A stretch of DNA of 64,000 nt from an uncultured Elusimicrobia bacterium (GTDB taxonomy: Bacteria > Elusimicrobiota > Elusimicrobia > 2-01-FULL-59-12). Positions within the stretch are counted from its first letter, which is position 1. Each line of letters starts with the position of its first letter. The translations under genes were made by a program, and so were the position numbers. The notes beneath the pieces were generated by a model that saw only the letters and a list, made by a program, of their open reading frames with translations, was not told the origin of the DNA and ran no database searches. Below, piece after piece: positions 60,728 to 64,000 of the stretch. The DNA lies in NCBI GenBank assembly GCA_963702895.1, contig OY969767.1, positions 2,368,001 to 2,432,000 on the forward strand, written 5' to 3'.

Positions 60728-60788
60728 GCCCGCTTTCAGAAAAGTTTTCGGGTTAACAGACCGCAAGGGTGCTTTTTTCAGGAGACGT

Positions 60789-61994
60789 CTAGCTGGAACC
60801 CCTCGGCCGAATGGCCAGAACGAGCGCGTTGGCCACGGGCCTGCCACCTTCGAAGTAACGCTCATCCGCGGGGGCTTCTCCTTGCTGCGCGAAGATCGCA
60901 CGCGACCTCCCCCCATCGAGCGCGATCGCCTCTTGAACGTTCATCTTGGAGAGCACGTAAGCCAATTGTTCATAGGACAAATTGCCGTTTGAATTTTTAT
61001 GGGCCCAAAGCAAGACGATATCACCGTTCGCTTTCTCTGCCAGGGCAACACGGTCGCGACTTTTGAGCGTATGCAAACGCTCTTGTTGCGCCGTCACTTG
61101 AATCTGGCCACGTTCGATCAGGCGCGGCCCAGCCAGAAGACCATGCACGATCTCTTGGGATGACCAGGCGGCTGGCAGCGACCAGGTGGCACGAACGAGA
61201 GCGCCACTCCTCAGGAGACTGGCACTGGCCCGCGCATCGCCGTGCAAAGCGACCACCAGGCCGTCCGGTGGGATCCGAAGGGGCCCCTGCCGAAAGTGGT
61301 CCTGGATTCGGTAGATCCCAGGCCGTGCGGGCTCGCTCTGTGCCGTGAGATAAATTGCATCACGAGGAATTCTGAGAAGTTTCCCATAGAGGGGCGTGAA
61401 AAGCGTCAGCGCGTTTTTTCCCCCAGGAATGTTGATATGGTGGACGGCGATTTTGGCCGCGCGGAAAGGCTTCCCCTTCCCTACGGCGAAGGTCTCCATC
61501 CAGACCTTCGGCATCTGACGAGGCGAGGCGATGTGGAGGCGGGCCCGCGTAAGTCCGCCCTTCGAATCGCTAAATCCGACCATGCTTCGGGTAAAGCCCT
61601 GGGGCATGTTAAAGAATTCCATTTTCCGATCACGCATGAGAAACCCGATCGGGAGCCCTGTGGCCGTATCAAAAAATCCCCCGTTAATAGCCGCAATCAC
61701 GGTCCACCGGGTCTGCGCGCTAAAACGCCGGGCGATTTCACGGATGGACTCCGTCCCCGGGCCCTGGTCCCGGTAGAAGGGCACAGGGATAAGTTCCAGG
61801 CTCTCGGATCGCGCGCTGGCTGTGACATACTTGAGCGTGAGGTCCCCTTGCCTCTTGATAATAAAGCGTCCCGTACCGTTTGAGACGAGCCCATTCTGCC
61901 AGAACGTCGGAACGGAACGCTCCGGCTGGTCGACCAAGAGGGCCGAGACCAGAGCACAACAACCCAGGAGAAGGCGTTCCTTAGAGATGTTCAT
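60789..61994 (-). CDS. Phosphodiester glycosidase (NAGPA-like) family secreted protein
   Basis: AAINGGFF, AGPRLI, AIALDGGRS, RPVANAL. Confidence 0.85.
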   Translation of the reverse strand: MNISKERLLLGCCALVSALLVDQPERSVPTFWQNGLVSNGTGRFIIKRQGDLTLKYVTASARSESLELIPVPFYRDQGPGTESIREIARRFSAQTRWTVIAAINGGFFDTATGLPIGFLMRDRKMEFFNMPQGFTRSMVGFSDSKGGLTRARLHIASPRQMPKVWMETFAVGKGKPFRAAKIAVHHINIPGGKNALTLFTPLYGKLLRIPRDAIYLTAQSEPARPGIYRIQDHFRQGPLRIPPDGLVVALHGDARASASLLRSGALVRATWSLPAAWSSQEIVHGLLAGPRLIERGQIQVTAQQERLHTLKSRDRVALAEKANGDIVLLWAHKNSNGNLSYEQLAYVLSKMNVQEAIALDGGRSRAIFAQQGEAPADERYFEGGRPVANALVLAIRPRGSS

Positions 61995-62046
61995 TCAGCC
62001 AAGCGTATCCGCAGAAAGCGATAAATTCAACCGATGGTTTTAGGCC

Positions 62047-63885
62047 CTAATGGAGCAATCTGATTTGTTTCTGAATATCACCCAAACGCTGGCTCAGCTC
62101 TTTGACCCGTGCAGGGTTTTCGTGGGTCTCAAGACGCGCCATTTCACTCAGCAAGAGTGACTCTGTGTCCTGGAGCTGCCGCAGCACCTCCTGCTTCCGT
62201 TTTTGTTCCTCTTCCAGCCGATATTTCGCCTGGCGCTGTTCCGCTTCAAGCCGCTTTTGATCTTTGGTTTTTCGTTGGGAGCCTTGCGCCTGGCGGGGCT
62301 GAGCGGGTCCCCGGGCTGGGTGAGCGTGGGGAACCAGAAACGGCTGGCGGTGGTGGGCCTGCTCAATGCGCTCTTCAGAACGGAAAAGCTCCGCTTCTTC
62401 CCCTTCTTCCTGGGCTTTTTTATGAAGAAAATAGTCATAGTCGCCGGGGTACCAGGTGACTTTGCCTTTTTGGACATGGATGACGTGATCCGCGAGCTGC
62501 CGGATGAAATAGACGTCATGGCTGATAAAGCAGAGGGTCCCTTCGAAGCTCTTCAAGGCTTCGAGGAGAACATCGACGCTCGCCATGTCTAAATGGGTGG
62601 TGGGTTCATCCAGAAGCATCAGATTGGGAGGGTCCAATAAGAGTTTCGCAAGCCCCAGCCGGCTTTTTTCACCACCGCTGAGCACCTCAATCTTTTTGAA
62701 GACGGCGTCCCCCCGAAAAAGAAAGGACCCGAGCAAGGTGCGAATGGTTTGTTCCGTGTGATGGCGCTTGGTGTGGAGCGCTTCTTCGAGGACCGTTTTG
62801 TCCGGGCGGAACATCTCTGCCCGATGCTGTGAGTAATAGCCCACCTCCACGTTATGCCCCAGTTTTGTTTCACCTCCTTGATAAGGGACGACCCCTGCCA
62901 GAAGCTTGATTAAGGTGGATTTGCCGGCACCGTTCGGCCCGACCAGCGCGATTTTTTGGCCGCGCTCCAGCGTCAAGTCGAGGCCCTCATAGACCCATGT
63001 TTTCCCGTCGTAAGACTGCCGGATGTTTTTGAGCGCCATCACATTCTGGCCGCTTCGGGCAGGTTGCGGAAAGGAAAATCCAACCGTTTTGAGCTCCTCG
63101 GGCAGTTCGATGCGCTCCATCTTTTCGAGATACTTGATTTTGGCCTGGGCCCGCGAGGCCGTGGACGCCTTCGCGCGGAATTTGTTGATGAAATCTTCCA
63201 GTTCCTTAATCTCTTTCTGCTGCCGCGTGTACGCCGCGATGAGATTTTTTTCTTCCTGCTTCTTCTGTGCCAGGTAGTCCTCAAAAGTGCCGGTGTAGAT
63301 GTTGAGCTTCTGTCCGCGGACTTCGACAATCCGATCGACCACGCTGTTGATAAATTCCCGATCATGGGAGATGAGAAAAATCGCGCCCCTGTAGTTCTGC
63401 AGGTAGTCCTGAAACCAAAGCAGAGATTCCAAATCCAAGTGGTTGGTGGGTTCGTCCAACATCAAAAGATCCGGCTCATCCAGAAGGAGCCGGGCGATTG
63501 CCACGCGCATCTGCCACCCGCCCGAGAGCTCCGAGATCGGGCGGTCGAATTCGCTCTGCCGAAATCCCAACCCCGCTAAAATCCTCTTCGCCCTCGGGAC
63601 CCGGGTCGAGTCGGCCGACTCCTGCCCCACCAACTCGTCGAGCACCCGATGGTGCGAAAACTCCGCGGTCTCTTGAGGCAGGTAGCCAAAGCTCACGCCG
63701 GTTCTGTGTTGGATGGAGCCTTCATCGGTCTCCAGGCGCCCCATGATGAGCTTGAAGAGGGTCGATTTGCCCGCACCGTTGGGCCCCACCAGAGCAAAAC
63801 GGTCCCTTTCATTGATCTGGAGGGAGGCGGACTCGAAGAGCGTCTGATCTCCGAAAGCTTTCGATATGTTTTTCAGTGTAATCAT
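62047..63885 (-). CDS. ABC-F family ATP-binding protein
   Basis: Two ABC domains (GPNGAGKST x2, LSGGW/LSGGE, LDEPT x2, ISHD x2), no TM, C-terminal coiled coil. Confidence 0.95.
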   Translation of the reverse strand: MITLKNISKAFGDQTLFESASLQINERDRFALVGPNGAGKSTLFKLIMGRLETDEGSIQHRTGVSFGYLPQETAEFSHHRVLDELVGQESADSTRVPRAKRILAGLGFRQSEFDRPISELSGGWQMRVAIARLLLDEPDLLMLDEPTNHLDLESLLWFQDYLQNYRGAIFLISHDREFINSVVDRIVEVRGQKLNIYTGTFEDYLAQKKQEEKNLIAAYTRQQKEIKELEDFINKFRAKASTASRAQAKIKYLEKMERIELPEELKTVGFSFPQPARSGQNVMALKNIRQSYDGKTWVYEGLDLTLERGQKIALVGPNGAGKSTLIKLLAGVVPYQGGETKLGHNVEVGYYSQHRAEMFRPDKTVLEEALHTKRHHTEQTIRTLLGSFLFRGDAVFKKIEVLSGGEKSRLGLAKLLLDPPNLMLLDEPTTHLDMASVDVLLEALKSFEGTLCFISHDVYFIRQLADHVIHVQKGKVTWYPGDYDYFLHKKAQEEGEEAELFRSEERIEQAHHRQPFLVPHAHPARGPAQPRQAQGSQRKTKDQKRLEAEQRQAKYRLEEEQKRKQEVLRQLQDTESLLLSEMARLETHENPARVKELSQRLGDIQKQIRLLH

Positions 63886-64000
63886 GCTCGAGATTGCTTC
63901 GCCCATAATGGTTCCAGCGAAGTCCAAGGACACAAGCGCGGATTATACCTGACCCGTGTCAGGCAGATATACTATCCTTATAAATTATGGGACGCGGTAA

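Larger units (their letters stand above)
59401..60742 (+). mobile_element. IS110 family, IS1111-type insertion sequence
   Basis: Sub-terminal IRs tgaaagcgggc (59408-59418) and gcccgctttca (60728-60738); AG on both sides (59399-59400, 60743-60744); ~200-nt 3' non-coding region. Confidence 0.88.
59248..60755 (+). mobile_element. MITE family A copy 3, interrupted by the IS in its right terminal repeat
   Basis: taaccgggaaactgcagttgccgtcacccc.. then caactgcag[IS]ttttcgggtta; the rejoined sequence aligns with the 40494 copy. Confidence 0.8.

Overview
Bacterial, GC-rich, gene-dense 64-kb window. The pilin type and giant membrane protein suggest Elusimicrobiota or a similar lineage; this is inference only. 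The housekeeping backbone includes mtnP, recJ, rpiB, tpiA, a fused indolepyruvate:ferredoxin oxidoreductase, recN, NAD kinase, comEC, an arnT-like GT39, an ABC-F ATPase and several two-component proteins. It also includes a class II ribonucleotide reductase with a LAGLIDADG intein and two NrdR boxes. The centrepiece is a 20-kb ORF (18879-38897, 6672 aa) flanked by two apparently leaderless AAA_14/DUF4143-type ATPases. It encodes a signal peptide, a ChaN/TraB/Tiki-like N-terminal domain with a stand-alone paralogue at 884-1879, repeated transmembrane modules and many enzymatic cargo domains (HEXXH peptidases, PP2C, kinase-like, GGDEF-like, two methyltransferases, REC, HopA1-like). Several module junctions carry the same 49-bp inverted-repeat DNA unit in the same orientation and frame, a candidate signature of cassette-style gene assembly. 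Many families of small palindromic elements occur, several translated in-frame inside proteins and signal peptides. A complete IS1111-type (IS110 family) element sits in the terminal repeat of a multicopy MITE. Its ends, AG core, junction promoter and candidate guide segments can be read from the sequence. No rRNA, tRNA or CRISPR array was recognised.
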